64,000 nt of DNA, taken from the NCBI GenBank assembly GCA_951406725.2, contig OX597816.1:57722001-57786000 (forward strand), read 5' to 3'. The translations under genes were made by a program, and so were the position numbers. Numbering within the stretch: position 1 is the stretch's first letter; every line of letters starts with the position of its first letter. The notes under the pieces are model-generated. The model did no database searches. It was not told the DNA's origin and saw nothing but the letters and a program-made list of their open reading frames with translations. This document shows positions 12,257 through 24,128 of this stretch, one piece after another. The stretch comes from Octopus vulgaris. Taxonomy: Eukaryota.

Positions 12257-13069
12257 ATATTGTTTGGTTTGTTTTTGGCTTTTCACTTAATATTGTGTTT
12301 TGGATCAGTGCATACTGAAGACTTTGGTTGACCCAAGGCTATAGTAGAAAACACTTGCCCAAAGTTCTACACAGTGGGACTGAACACAGAACCATGTGGT
12401 TGGGAAGCAAGCTTCTTACCCTACAACCACTTCTGCATCTGAAAAATATTTTTGCGAAAAGTAAATTTTTTTTTTGCTTCTGCCTCACATCCTTTAACTC
12501 ATTTCTTTCCCCATGAAGTATGGAACTTCGAAGGACAGCTATTCCACAACCCAGCCAAGTACCCTAATACCCTACACTTCTCCTCTCACTGGCTTTGTCA
12601 CTGCATTCTACCCAGGACACTACTGTACGTTCCCAAATGATCGGTCATTTCGTTGCTTCAGATTAATGATTTTGGTAGAATGGGTCCGTCGGGGCAGCAC
12701 TGGTACCAGGTGCTGTGGAAACCTCAACTCTCCACCTGCATCATCATACAGCTGTGAGTCAAAGGTGGGGGTCTGCCTTTGATTGTAGTTGTAGAGGTGA
12801 TTTTTCTTGAGGTTTGGGGGCATATCAAGTGGTATAGGTTACTTGCACTGATGGCTGTGACAAACCTTCCAGAGACTACTTCCAGCACCTGGCCTCAGTG
12901 CCTTATACATACAAATCTGCATGTGTACATACACACAGACAGACGTACCTACGTGTGTATGCATATATATATATATATAGTAAATAAAAAACAAAGAACA
13001 CAAAAACAACAACACGAGTATGTGGTACATGTAAAGTATTAGCAGACGCTCAGGGAAGGAAAGAAAAAT

Positions 13070-13110
13070 GGTTTAATGTTTTGAGCAAACGCTCTTCTTC
13101 AGAAACAGAG
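13070..13110 (-). ncRNA. Minimal type-I hammerhead ribozyme motif (Penelope-like element remnant, decayed)
   Basis: Minus strand: guuu-CUGAAGA-a-GAGC-guuu-GCUC-aAAAC-auu-aaac. Stems I and II pair. The G>A changes are consistent with CpG decay. Confidence 0.6.
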
Positions 13111-13240
13111 GAAAGTCCAACAGAAAGGAAGATGGGGGAAGAAAGACGTCAACGATTCACATGTGGTTACATTTTGAAATGAACATTACCTTGTTCATTC
13201 GGAATACACCATTTCTGCACCTTGATTATAAATATATATA

Positions 13241-13620
13241 TACTCTCTTTTACTTGTTTCAGTCATTTGACTGCAGCCATGCTGGAGCACCGCCTTTAGT
13301 CGAGCAAATCGACCCCGGGACTTATTCTTTGTAAGCCCAGTACTTATTCTATCGGTCTCTTTTGCTGAACCGCTAAGTAACGGAGACGTAAACACACCAG
13401 CATCGGTTGTCAAGCAATGCTAGGGGGACAAACACACACATACATATATATATATACATATATACGACAGGCTTCTTTCAGTTTCCGTCTACCAAATCCA
13501 CTCACAAGGCATTGGTCGGCCCGGGGCTATAGTAGAAGACACTTGCCCAAGATGCCACACAGTGGGACTGAACCCGGAACCATGTGGTTGGTAAGCAAGC
13601 TATTTACCACACAGCCATTC
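13241..13620 (-). mobile_element. SINE family A
   Basis: Similarity to the other family A copies. Confidence 0.88.
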
Positions 13621-13644
13621 CAGCCAAAGTATATATATATTTGC

Positions 13645-13936
13645 GAACCCATGGAAAACAAACTTCCACCAACTATTCTGCCTATATGTCTGTGCACACC
13701 TTTGAATGTAGTGTATGCCAGGTTTACAAATCTAAGAGAGGCTTCAAAAGACATTTTAAGATCCACAAAGATCAGAACTTATCTGCAGCTCTTGGTGGTC
13801 CAAATTGGATATGCAATCTATGTGGGTGTCTTTTCAGAACATTGTCTGGTTTAAAAAGCCACATCAGATGCCATGTGGGATCTAAGGTGTAGGTACAGGA
13901 GGCAGTCAAACTCAGCATAAGGAGTAGACAACCACC

Positions 13937-13937
<1 letters not shown>
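13645..13937 (+). mobile_element. Probable 3' end of an RTE-type LINE carrying two C-terminal C2H2-like fingers
   Basis: Reads FECSVCQVYKSKRGFKRHFKIH...WICNLCGCLFRTLSGLKSHIRCH then a stop, a short UTR and a (TA)n tail. No splice context seen. Confidence 0.5.
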
Positions 13938-13967
<30 letters not shown>

Positions 13968-13969
13968 TG

Positions 13970-14170
13970 TGGAGGCGCAATAGCCCAGTGGTTAGGATTG
14001 CGGTTTTAATTCCCAGACGTTGTGAGTGTTTATTGAGCGAAAATACCTAAAAGCTCTGGCAGGGGGTGGTGGCGATCCCTGCTGTACTCTTTCGCCACAA
14101 CTTTCTCTCACTCTTTCTACTGTTGGCCTGCTAGCTTAACCAGCAGGGTGGCGTCATTTGAAGGCTAAAA
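13970..14170 (+). mobile_element. tRNA-derived SINE family D, internally deleted
   Basis: ggaggcgcaatagcccagtggttagg head shared with the copies at 15941, 23399 and 46597. Confidence 0.7.
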
Positions 14171-14278
14171 CTAGATTTAGCTGTTGTTTCTAGCACATCC
14201 CATGACCAGATGTTACCTTCCTCATTTCTTTGTCACACTAACATGTATTGATGTTTCTCTATATTTTCCTCCCAGTAA

Positions 14279-14480
14279 AGCAGTGAGCTGGCAGAATCGT
14301 TAGCACACCAGGTGTTATGTTCTGAGTTCAAATAAGGCTGAGTTCGATTTTGCCTTTCATCCTTTTGGGGTCGATTAAATAAGTACCAGTTACACACTGG
14401 GGCTGATGTAATCGACTTAATCCCTTTGTCTGTCCTTGGGTGTCCCCACCATGTTCACCCCCCTGTGGGCAATAAAGAAA
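14279..14480 (+). mobile_element. SINE-like family B
   Basis: Similarity to 9322-9549. Confidence 0.8.
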
Positions 14481-14496
14481 TAAAAGTATACTTTGT

Positions 14497-14662
14497 AGGA
14501 GTGGCTCTGTGGTAAGTAGCTTGCTTACCAACCACATGGTCCTGGGTTCAGTCCCACTGTGTGGCACCTTGGGCAAGTGTCTTCTACTATAGCCTCGGGC
14601 CAATCAAAGCCTTGTGAGAGGATTTGGTAGACGGAAACTGAAAGAAGCCCGTCGTATATATG

Positions 14663-14693
<31 letters not shown>

Positions 14694-14899
14694 TTGTGTG
14701 TCTGTGTTTGTCCTCCCAACATCGCTTGACAACCGATGCTGGTGTATTTACGTCCCTGTAACTTAGCGGTTCGGCGAAAGAGATTGATAGAATAAGTACT
14801 AGGCTTCCAAAGAATAAGTCCTGGGGACGATTTGCTAGACTAAAGGCGGTGCTCCAGCATGGCCACAGTCAAATGACTGAAACAAGTAAAAAGAGTAAA
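14497..14899 (+). mobile_element. SINE family A
   Basis: Similarity to the other family A copies. Confidence 0.88.
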
Positions 14900-15677
14900 A
14901 AAAAAAAAAGGATAAATATGGCGGTCCATTGCTGAGATTTAAGCAGCAACAATAACAACAACAACAAACATTTGCTTTAAATCTTTAACCCTACCCCACA
15001 TCAAGCAAGCATGTGTGTGTGTGTGTGTAAGAAAAACATTTACTAACAGAAAAGTATGCTATTAAAATAAACTGTATTTTAAATTACTTAGTTGCCCTAA
15101 TGAAACTCCTCACACACACACACACACACTTGGAAAAGTTTCAGCCAGTATTGGTCAAGGCCATGTCTAACTTAATAGCATCACCTGGAATACATACACA
15201 CACACACACACTCACAAACAGAAAGACAGACAGATAGATAGGTAGGCAGGCAGGCAGATAGGTATGTATGTATAAATCAATGGATGAGTGAATGTAGTGT
15301 GAAGTTTTGAGAAGCAGTGGGCAATTCCAATGACCTACTCAAGTTGGCAACACACCATTTGATTGGATTGACGGTGGTGGTGATGATGATGATGGTGGTG
15401 GTAGTGATGAATGCTGACAATAGATTGAAGGAAACATCTGCCTGTCTGTATGCCAGTCATTAATCCAAATGTCACATCTTCCTAAACATTCATCTAGCTG
15501 TGTCTCTTTTCAGCACCCCTAACTCACCTGCTGTTCACACCTTCTCTTCATTAGTCACCCACTAACTACTTACCATCTCTTTCATTGTGACTTCATGCTT
15601 CAGCAACACAATACACACTGTATCAGAGTGCGTGTAAATGAATATATATGTAAAAGAATATATATATATATATAATA

Positions 15678-15937
15678 GCGTTGCTCAGGGTTTGTTTCAA
15701 CCCTTTAGAATTGGAATAGGGATTTTCATAGAAAAAAAGTACCTTTTTGATGTAAATAATTTTTGGTGTTAACATGGTCTGATTTGAATTTTTTCTTCTA
15801 CAGAAGGAAGAGCGAGCCTTCTTCTATCATACTCTCAATTTTGGTCAACTTGCGCTGTAGGGTCTTGGAGGAGATAGTGTTAGTTGGAGGCTACCAAACC
15901 TGCCATACACAGACAACTTTAGCTTTATATATATATA
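15678..15937 (-). mobile_element. Short non-autonomous Helitron-like element
   Basis: Minus strand starts atatatataaagctaaagttgtctgtg and ends cctgagcaacgc, matching the Helitron-type 3' hairpin at 51543. Confidence 0.5.
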
Positions 15938-15940
15938 TTG

Positions 15941-16316
15941 TGGAGGTGCAATGGCTCAGTGGTTCGGGCAGCGAACTCGTGGTTGTAGGATTGCGCTTTC
16001 GATTCCCAGACCGGCCGTTGTGTTTATTGAGCGAAAACGCCTAAAGCTCCACGAGGCTCTGGCAGGGGCGGGGGAGAACCCTGCCATACTCTTTCACCAC
16101 AGCTTTCTCTCGTTCTTTCTTCCTGTTTCTGTTGTACCTGTGTTTCGATGAGTCAGTCTTGTCACACTCTGCATCATGCTGAATCCTCCCTGAGAACTAC
16201 GTTAAGGGTACACGTGTCTGTGGAGTGCTCAACCATTTGCACGTTAATTTCACAAGCAAACTTTTCCATTGATTGGATCAACTGGAACCCTCGTCGTCAT
16301 AACCGGCAGAGCGCCA
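15941..16316 (+). mobile_element. SINE family D
   Basis: tRNA-like head (tggctcagtgg...ttcgattccc) and shared central domain. Confidence 0.8.
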
Positions 16317-16729
16317 AAGATTTCATATATGTGAAGGCGCATGGCTCAGTGGCCAGAGCATCAAGCTTTTCTTTGATGATGGCCAGATCCATGTAAACTT
16401 CTTAAAACATCTTCCAATGGTGTCTATAGGTTAAACAAAGCAAGATATGATTCAATGGCTTTCATCCATTTTACCATAGAATTATATAATTTGATTTAAA
16501 AACACAACAAACAAACAAAGAAAATAACAACAAATGAACTTAAAGTAAAAAACAATTTCAATGATAAACCATGACTCGTTTTAAAATAAATGGTCCAAAG
16601 TTAGTTTTAGTAATTTGGTGCTGGAAACGGTGCTTTTTGATTAAAATATAATCTCAGATTCTGGGGTCACTTCATTCATTTATTTATTTACACACACACA
16701 CACATCTATTCATATGTACTTATTTATAA

Positions 16730-17435
16730 GGGTTCTCAATTACTTTTTATCGGTGGACCCTTTTGATTATAGTTTTATTCTGGTGGACCCCCATAGTCAT
16801 TCAATGTTTAAAAACTAGTCTTATAGTAAGGTCTTTCAAAATCCCTATTTCGTTTTTCCCCCATTCCCTTGTGTAGGTTGAACAATGTAAAACGTTAGAG
16901 AAAGAAACCCAGCTGTTTCTTGCAATATATTCCAATACATACATCTAAAGCAGGGGTTCTCAGCCATCTCTGGACCCCTTTGATTATAGTTTTATTCTGG
17001 TGGACCCCCATAGTCATTCAATGTTTAAAAACTAGTTTTATAGAAACTTCTTTCAAAATCCCTATTTTGTTTTTCACCCATTCCCTTGTGTAGGTTGAAC
17101 AATGTAAAACGTTAGAGAAAGAAACCCAGCTGTTTCTTGCAATACACATCAATACATACGTCTAAAGCAGGGGTTCTCAGCCATCTCTGGACCCCTTTGA
17201 TTATTATTTTATTCTGGTGCACCCTTATAGCCACTTGATGTTTAAAAACTAGTTTTATAGAAACTTCTTTCAAAATCCCTATTTTGTTTTTCACCCGTTC
17301 CCTTGTGTAGGTTGAACAATGTAAAATGTTAGAGAAAGAAACCTAATTGTTTTTTCTATAATACACACCAATACGAGATACATCTAAAGCAAAATTTCTT
17401 CAGGGACCCTTAATATACTATTGTGGACCCCCAAA
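16730..17435. repeat. Three tandem ~217-bp units derived from a hAT-like MITE end
   Basis: Unit starts caggggttctcag at 16951 and 17168, with a similar start near 16730. Confidence 0.8.
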
Positions 17436-17822
17436 AACCATCGTCATTTTACATCTGCTTTCCATGCTAGCGTGGGTTGGACAGCAAGACAGGGAACCAG
17501 CAAGTTTCAGGGCAGCATTGAGCTCTACTCTCATCTTTGGCTTCGTTTCTATGGCTGGACGCCCTTCCTGGCATCAGCCACTTTGCACAGTGTATATTGG
17601 GTGCATTTTACATACCAGTGGCACTAATGGCAAAAGAACAGAGGGAAAGGAAAGGGAAAATGCTCCCACTACAAAGAGGAAGTATCAGGGAGGAGAAGGT
17701 GAGGGGTAAGTGGCTTTGTTGCAGGTGGTGAAAGATTGGAGTTTGAATGAAAGACAAGCATGGGTGTCCTGCTATAAAAGAGATACATGGCTGAAGGAGA
17801 TAAAAAGAAGGTAGTGATGGGA

Positions 17823-18039
17823 TACTCTTTACTCTTTTACTTGTTTCAGTCATTTGACTGCGGCCATGCTGGAGCACCGCCTTTAGTCGAGCAAATCAAC
17901 CCCGGTACTTATTCTTTGTAAGCCCAGTACTTATTCTATCGGTCTCTTTTTGCCGAACTGCTAAGTGACGGGGACGTAAACACACCAGCATCGGTTGTCA
18001 AGCAATGCTAGGGGGACAAACACAGACACACAAACATAT

Positions 18040-18084
<45 letters not shown>

Positions 18085-18245
18085 CGACAGGCTTCTTTCA
18101 GTTTCCGTCTACCAAATCCACTCACACGGCATTGGTAAGCCCGAGGCTATAGCAGAAGACACTTGCCCAAGATGCCACACAGTGGGACTGAACCCAGAAC
18201 CATGTGGTTGGTAAGCAAGCTACTTACCACACAGCCACTCCTGCG
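17823..18245 (-). mobile_element. SINE family A
   Basis: Similarity to the other family A copies. Confidence 0.9.
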
Positions 18246-19045
18246 AGAGAAAATTCTCAAGGTACAAGAAGATATTATTCAACTACCATAATCACTTGAG
18301 AGAAGAATCGGCACATTACATCTCCTTGGAATCACCTTCTTTCTTCATTATCATCCCAGCCTACACTATTTCTATCAATCCCTTCAGTCATTGCTCTCCT
18401 TTCTTAAAAACCTCTCTTACCTGCAATCACTCTCAATGCTCTCCCATATCTATAATCACCCCCACTTCTCTTGGCCCCTTGAACCACTCCTACATCTCTC
18501 ACCATCACTTGCTACATGCATCTCTACCCCCATATTCTCTCTCTCTATCCCCCACTCTTTTATCTTGAGATGTTCCAACATCCCACCAATGCTTCTTCTC
18601 TCTGCTGTCCTCCTCTCCCACTACTCAGCCTCATATCTCTGTCACAGATCACCTGGGTTTGTTCTTCCATCACAGTCCAGCCTCTCAACACTTACCATAC
18701 AACCACCAACCCATCCTCAAATACTAACCTGCCATCATAAAGTTGAAGAGGCTTTTTCTTTCTTTTACTGCCCCAATTTAATTTTTTTTCCTCCTTCTTT
18801 CCGTTCCTTTCTTTTCCTGTAAGTCACATGGCAACCTTGCTAGCAGCAACAGAACAAGAAAAGCACCCAATACACCCTGTTGGTGTTTAGGAAGGACATC
18901 CAGCTATAGAAACTGCACCAAAACTGGCAAAGTGACATTGGGATTTGATGTGGCTCAATCGACCTTGTCAAACGATCCAACCTGTGCCAGTTGGGTACAT
19001 AGATATTAAATAGTGATGATGATGATGATAATCATATATACATAT

Positions 19046-19359
19046 GTGATCCCTGTGCCGGTGGCACGTAAAAAGCACCATCCGAACGTGGCCGATGCCA
19101 GCGCCGCCTAGACTGGTTTCCGTGCCGGTGGCACGTAAAAAGCACCAATCCGATCATGGCCGTTGCCAGCCTTGCCTGGCACCTGTGCAGGTAGCACGTA
19201 AAAAGCACCCACTACACTCACGGAGTGGTTGGTGTTAGGAAGGGCATCCAACTGTAGAAACACTGCCAGATCAGACTGGAGCCTGGTGCAGCCTTCTGGC
19301 TTCCCAGATCCCCGGTCGAACTGTCCAACCCATGCTAGCATGGAGAATGGACGTTAAAC

Positions 19360-19393
<34 letters not shown>
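19046..19393 (+). mobile_element. Family C retroposon (repeated gtgccggtggcacgtaaaaagcacc module, RTE-like 3' end, (GAT)n tail)
   Basis: Three 5' modules, then aggaagggcatcc and acccatgctagcatgg...gttaaacgatgatgat. More than 15 copies in the window. Confidence 0.85.
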
Positions 19394-19445
<52 letters not shown>

Positions 19446-20215
19446 GAAGACCCATCATGCTGAGCAAAATAGATACCAGTGTCACGCAAATTGGCACCCA
19501 TGCCGGTGGCACATAAACACACCCCGGTGTCACACAAATGAACTTGTGCCAGTGGCACATAAAAGCACCCATTACACTTTTGGAGTGGTTGGTGTTAGGA
19601 AGGGCATCCAGCTGTAGAAAACCATGCCGAATCAGACCGGAGTCTGGTACAGCCTTCCAGCATGCCAGCCCAGTCAAACCATCCAACCCACGCCACCATG
19701 AACAAAGGACATTAAATGATGATGATGATAATGATGATGATGATGACACACATACATACATACATGATGATGATGATAACACACACACACACACACATAC
19801 ATACATACATACATGCTGACACATTTTGGTTAAATGGTCAAGAAGTTTGCCTATCACAATGTCCTAGGATCAATTCCACCATATGGCATTTTGGGTTTCC
19901 ATCTTTTTCTGTAGCATTGGTCAACTGGTCAACCTGTACCTCGTGAATGAAACTAGGTACACAAAAACCTATCAGATGAATTTGTAGCTGTACTTCCTTG
20001 TCACAATACCACACTGTTAAGGTGATTCTGGCTGAGAATTATGTTCAGGGTACTTGTGACTGAGGTACACTCAGCCACTTAAAAGCTAATTCAATGAGCA
20101 GTTGGTACAATTGATCAAATGACTAAAACCTTATTGCTGAAAATGATGGAGATGCATGTAAATATGTGTGTTTGTATGTGTGAGTGACAGACGTTTTATT
20201 TTCCACACAGAGAAT

Positions 20216-21031
20216 TCAGCAATATTCCTTCACATCAATGGAATATAAAACAATATCTCCAACTTTGAGTGTCTCCTTCCACCCATCTTCAGTTTTTGTG
20301 TGATGTACAAATGGGTAGAAATCAGTCAGCACTTGACAGGGTACAACTCTGTAATAGTTCCTTGGGAGAACCACTTCATGTTTATGAGACATTGTACGAG
20401 ATTTGCAGCTCTGTATGTTATACATATTTAGCATATGCAGCGGATTGCATGGCGCAGACAACTGCATTGAAGAAAACGGTCGTTGGTGCAAGGGAAATAC
20501 CTTATCTTTCCGAAAAGTGAATTCTTTTGATACATGAGAAATATCATCCCAGATATGTGTTTCATTCTCTTTGAAAAAGAAAATATCAACATATGGCCAC
20601 CCAAATGGAAGATTAGGAAGTGTCTTTAAAGCCATATCTTTACGATAATATTTCCATGCAAAATCCTGAAAGTCTGGTACATACAAAGCAAAAGAATCAT
20701 CGTATTTAGCCACAAATCGCTTCACAGCATTTTTAAAGGAACCGTTGATAAGTATATCAAAGTCATCATCCCATGGTATAAGATCATGATGACGGTAAGA
20801 GCCCAGTAGAGTTCCACTGTATATTATGTACGGGATATTAGCACTGTCCAAAGCTCTGATAAATGCTCGGGCTGTTTCCATCAACAGCTTCTGTTCCTCT
20901 TCTGTTATTGAACTTTGGAATTGTTCTTCGATATGTGGAATAGATTTATAATACAACGAGAAACAGGTGTAAATGACAATAAGAACAAGAATGTGCAGAG
21001 AATAACGGCAAACCATTTGACGTATTGCCAT
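20216..21031 (-). CDS. LicD/fukutin-family protein, paralog 2
   Basis: Intact 271-aa ORF with N-terminal TM segment (ILVLIVIYTCFSLYY) and motifs YSGTLLGSYRHHDLIPWDDDFDI, WPYVDIFFF, VFPLHQRPF. Colinear with paralog 1, including four C-terminal cysteines. Confidence 0.92.
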   Translation of the reverse strand: MAIRQMVCRYSLHILVLIVIYTCFSLYYKSIPHIEEQFQSSITEEEQKLLMETARAFIRALDSANIPYIIYSGTLLGSYRHHDLIPWDDDFDILINGSFKNAVKRFVAKYDDSFALYVPDFQDFAWKYYRKDMALKTLPNLPFGWPYVDIFFFKENETHIWDDISHVSKEFTFRKDKVFPLHQRPFSSMQLSAPCNPLHMLNMYNIQSCKSRTMSHKHEVVLPRNYYRVVPCQVLTDFYPFVHHTKTEDGWKETLKVGDIVLYSIDVKEYC

Positions 21032-21968
21032 CTTTGGATAATGTTAAGCACACATTAACTATAAATCAAGGCTGTACTAGTAGAGAATCTCACAGTGGTT
21101 TCAGTTCAATGGTAAAGAACATTAACTATAAAAACCAACAGTTACCTTTGCAGATAATCTTGTTGTTACTGCTGTTGTTTTCACATTGATCATAGTTCTT
21201 GGGAATAGTGATGGGAAATATTTGACAAATCTTTTTGGTGCCATGTAAAAACTACAAGACTATTGCAGATTAACTCTTTGAAATAAGTTTATATTTAGCA
21301 TGGAGAACGGACGTTAAACGATGATGATGATGATGATGATGATACACAGATTTTCAGTGGGGTATATTTAGGTTTGAGAATGAAAGGAGAATATATTTGT
21401 GCTTTGGCCTAAAAACAGAAATTCTATTCAATGGAATTCATTTTCTGAAAAGTGATATATTGTCTCCAAGACAACAGCATCTTCTGTTTCAGTGGTAGGT
21501 TGCTGGTTTCATTCATTTCACAGCATAACTGCCAGAAAGTTCTACCAATTGTAACCTGTTAAAATAAAGAAAAACATAATTACTAAAATTAAATATATAA
21601 ATATAGCATTTATTGAGACATAATAAATGCCAACTATAATTAACATATACCTTAATAATCATCAACCAGATTCCTTTGTCAAATGTAAAACCTATTCATT
21701 TCCATTGTTTGGAATTAATCCTGCATTATCTCATGTCTTTGAGACTTCAACGATGGGGCTGTTTTGTTCTTAGAATGACATTGTAGGGCAGGTGAGAAAG
21801 GCTAGATCTGGTCAGTTTGAACCTAAAAGAGGTTAGAACATTTTGGCTGGTTTAAATGCTAAAGGGTTAATATGCAAATTAGGGTTGGGGTGATGATGGA
21901 CTTTTCAGAGAATTAGATGGAACCATGTAATCCCCAATATTTCCATGCTATGCAGATGTTATAATCAT

Positions 21969-22456
21969 CATCATTGTTTGACCGTGGTCGAGACAATGGA
22001 ATTTACCATGCTACGCCAGACTTCACGGTCCATCATGGCATTACGGAGGTCCTGTTGCTGGATGCCTGTATCCCTGGAGATTACATCAGGGTAGGAGAGT
22101 GTGCACCGTCTGGTATTGCGAGTAGATGGCTTCCAGAGGAGAAGAGTAGAAATTACCTCTTTTTCAGCTCTACAACAATGTCCAGCAAACTGGACTCTCC
22201 TATCTTTCACAAGAGATGACACAGGTGGTAGTTTCCCATATATTTGCATTTTGGTTGGATGGCGCTTCCACGAGAGATTTTGAGCTCTCATAAGGAGGCG
22301 AGTGTAGGTTCCATCCAACCGCCTCTCAAGCTTCTTTGATAACGTCCAGGTTTCTGAGCCATATAGTAGAATTGGTTTGACTGTGGCTTTGAAGATTTCA
22401 AGTTTGAAGTTTCTACTTAGATTTGATGACCAGATCTTATGCATAAGATCATAAGA
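21969..22456 (-). mobile_element. 5'-truncated RTE-clade LINE 3' end
   Basis: ILLYGSETWTL...RRVQFAGH...DREVWR followed by a (GAT)n tail. Candidate TSD tataatcat at 21960 and 22457. A second copy lies at 50455-50648. Confidence 0.85.
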
Positions 22457-22773
22457 TATAATCATAAGAGAGAAGAAAATGCACATATTTTATCCCTGCT
22501 CCCACATTGAACTACCAGTTATTTCCCCTGCCTTCCTAGAGTCACTTCCTTTTAAATTTCCATCTTTCATTTTCAGTATCATCTACTGGTTACCCCTTTT
22601 TCTGCTTCTTCCATTTGTCTCTCCCTCCCCACTAGGATACATCTTAGGAATGCAATTACCTCATATTTAACACCTTCCCTCAACTGTCAACATTCTTATC
22701 ACCTTGTCATATGTGCCATCAACAGCCTCCCCTTTATATTTATCCATGCTCATACAGCCATCCCTATATACCT

Positions 22774-23000
22774 ATTTCTTTATTACCCACAAGGGGCTAA
22801 ACATAGAAGGGACAAAGACAGACATAGGTATTAAGTCGATTACATCGACCCCCAGTGCGTAACTGGTATTTAACTTATCGACCCCAAAAGGATGAAAGGC
22901 AAAGTCGACCTTGGCGGAATTTGAACTCACAACGTAATGACAGACGAATTACGGCTACGCATTTTGCCCGGCGTGCTAACGTTTCCGCCAGCTCGCCGCC
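22774..23000 (-). mobile_element. SINE-like family B with 14-17 bp TSD
   Basis: gccatccctatatacct at 22757-22773 and 22998-23014. Confidence 0.9.
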
Positions 23001-23398
23001 ATCCCTATATACCTCTGACTTCCATCTCTGTCATGGTACATCTTACCCTCCCTCTCCCTCTTTCAATCACTCTATTTTCTGACCTTTCTACAGCTTTATT
23101 ATTCTGCATCTCTTCTCCCTTCCTCACACCACTTCCATTTATGTCCCCCCCCCACCTTTCTTCAGCTACCTTTCACCTTCTCCATGCCATACTGATAATT
23201 GTCATCATCAACACCTTCGTCCCTTGTTTATCATTCAACCTCTAACCCCTACCCCCATCTTTCACTTTCCTCTTACCCTCAATGAACTTATCCCCCATCA
23301 CCACCTTTTCTGATTCTTCGGCCACATTTTCCCCTACACAACTAAGAGGATAGAACAGGAAGAAAAACAATTTTTACTGTAACCTACACAATCTAAGT

Positions 23399-23697
23399 AG
23401 AGGCACATGGTTAGAGTAGTGGACTCACGGTCGAGGGATTGCAGGTTCAAATCTCGAACTGGGCGATGTGTGTGTTTGTGGGCGAAACACCTAAGCTCCA
23501 CACAGCTCCGGCAGAAGGTAATGGCAAACTTCTGCTGACTCTTTCACCACAACTTTCTCCCGCTTTTTCCTCCTGTATCTAGCAGCTCTCTCTGTGAAGG
23601 ACTGGTGTCCTGTCTAGGTGTGGAACCTATATGCCAATGAAACCGGGAAACTGGCCCTTATGAGCCAGGTATGGTTCAAGAAGGAACAAACAACACA
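23399..23697 (+). mobile_element. SINE family D with a distinct 3' tail
   Basis: Shared head; the tail reads ggactggtgtcctgtctagg...gaaaccgggaaactggcccttatgagcc. Confidence 0.75.
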
Positions 23698-23834
23698 CAA
23701 GGTGGTATCAAAAAGTTCCAGGTCTAGTTATGGTTAATATGGGATATTAGAGTTATTTGGTGAATCAAATTTCATTACATATGTTATAAGATATATGTTA
23801 TGGTGTGTGGTGTGCTATATGTAATTACTCTCCC

Positions 23835-24128
23835 ATGAGGCCGTTGCCAGCGCCGCCTTGGCTGGCTTCCGTGCCGGTGGCACGTTAAAAGCTCCAACCG
23901 ATCGTGGCCGATGCTGGACTTCCCCTGGCACCTGTGCAGGTGGCACGTAAAAAGCACCCACTACACTTGCGGAGTGGTTGGCATTAGGAAGGGCATCCAG
24001 CTGTAGAAACTCTGCCAGATCAGACTGGAGCCTGGTGCAGCCCCTGGCTTCCCAGACCCCGGTCGAACTGTCCAACCCGTGCTAGCGCGGAAAACGAACG
24101 TTAAACGATGATGATGATGATGATGATG
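23835..24128 (+). mobile_element. Family C retroposon
   Basis: Similarity to 19046-19393, with a (GAT)n tail. Confidence 0.85.

Noticed and set aside
19046-19215. Hairpin repeat plus spacer pattern resembling CRISPR
   Set aside because: The spacers are homologous to each other, and the same pattern occurs in many dispersed retroposon copies.
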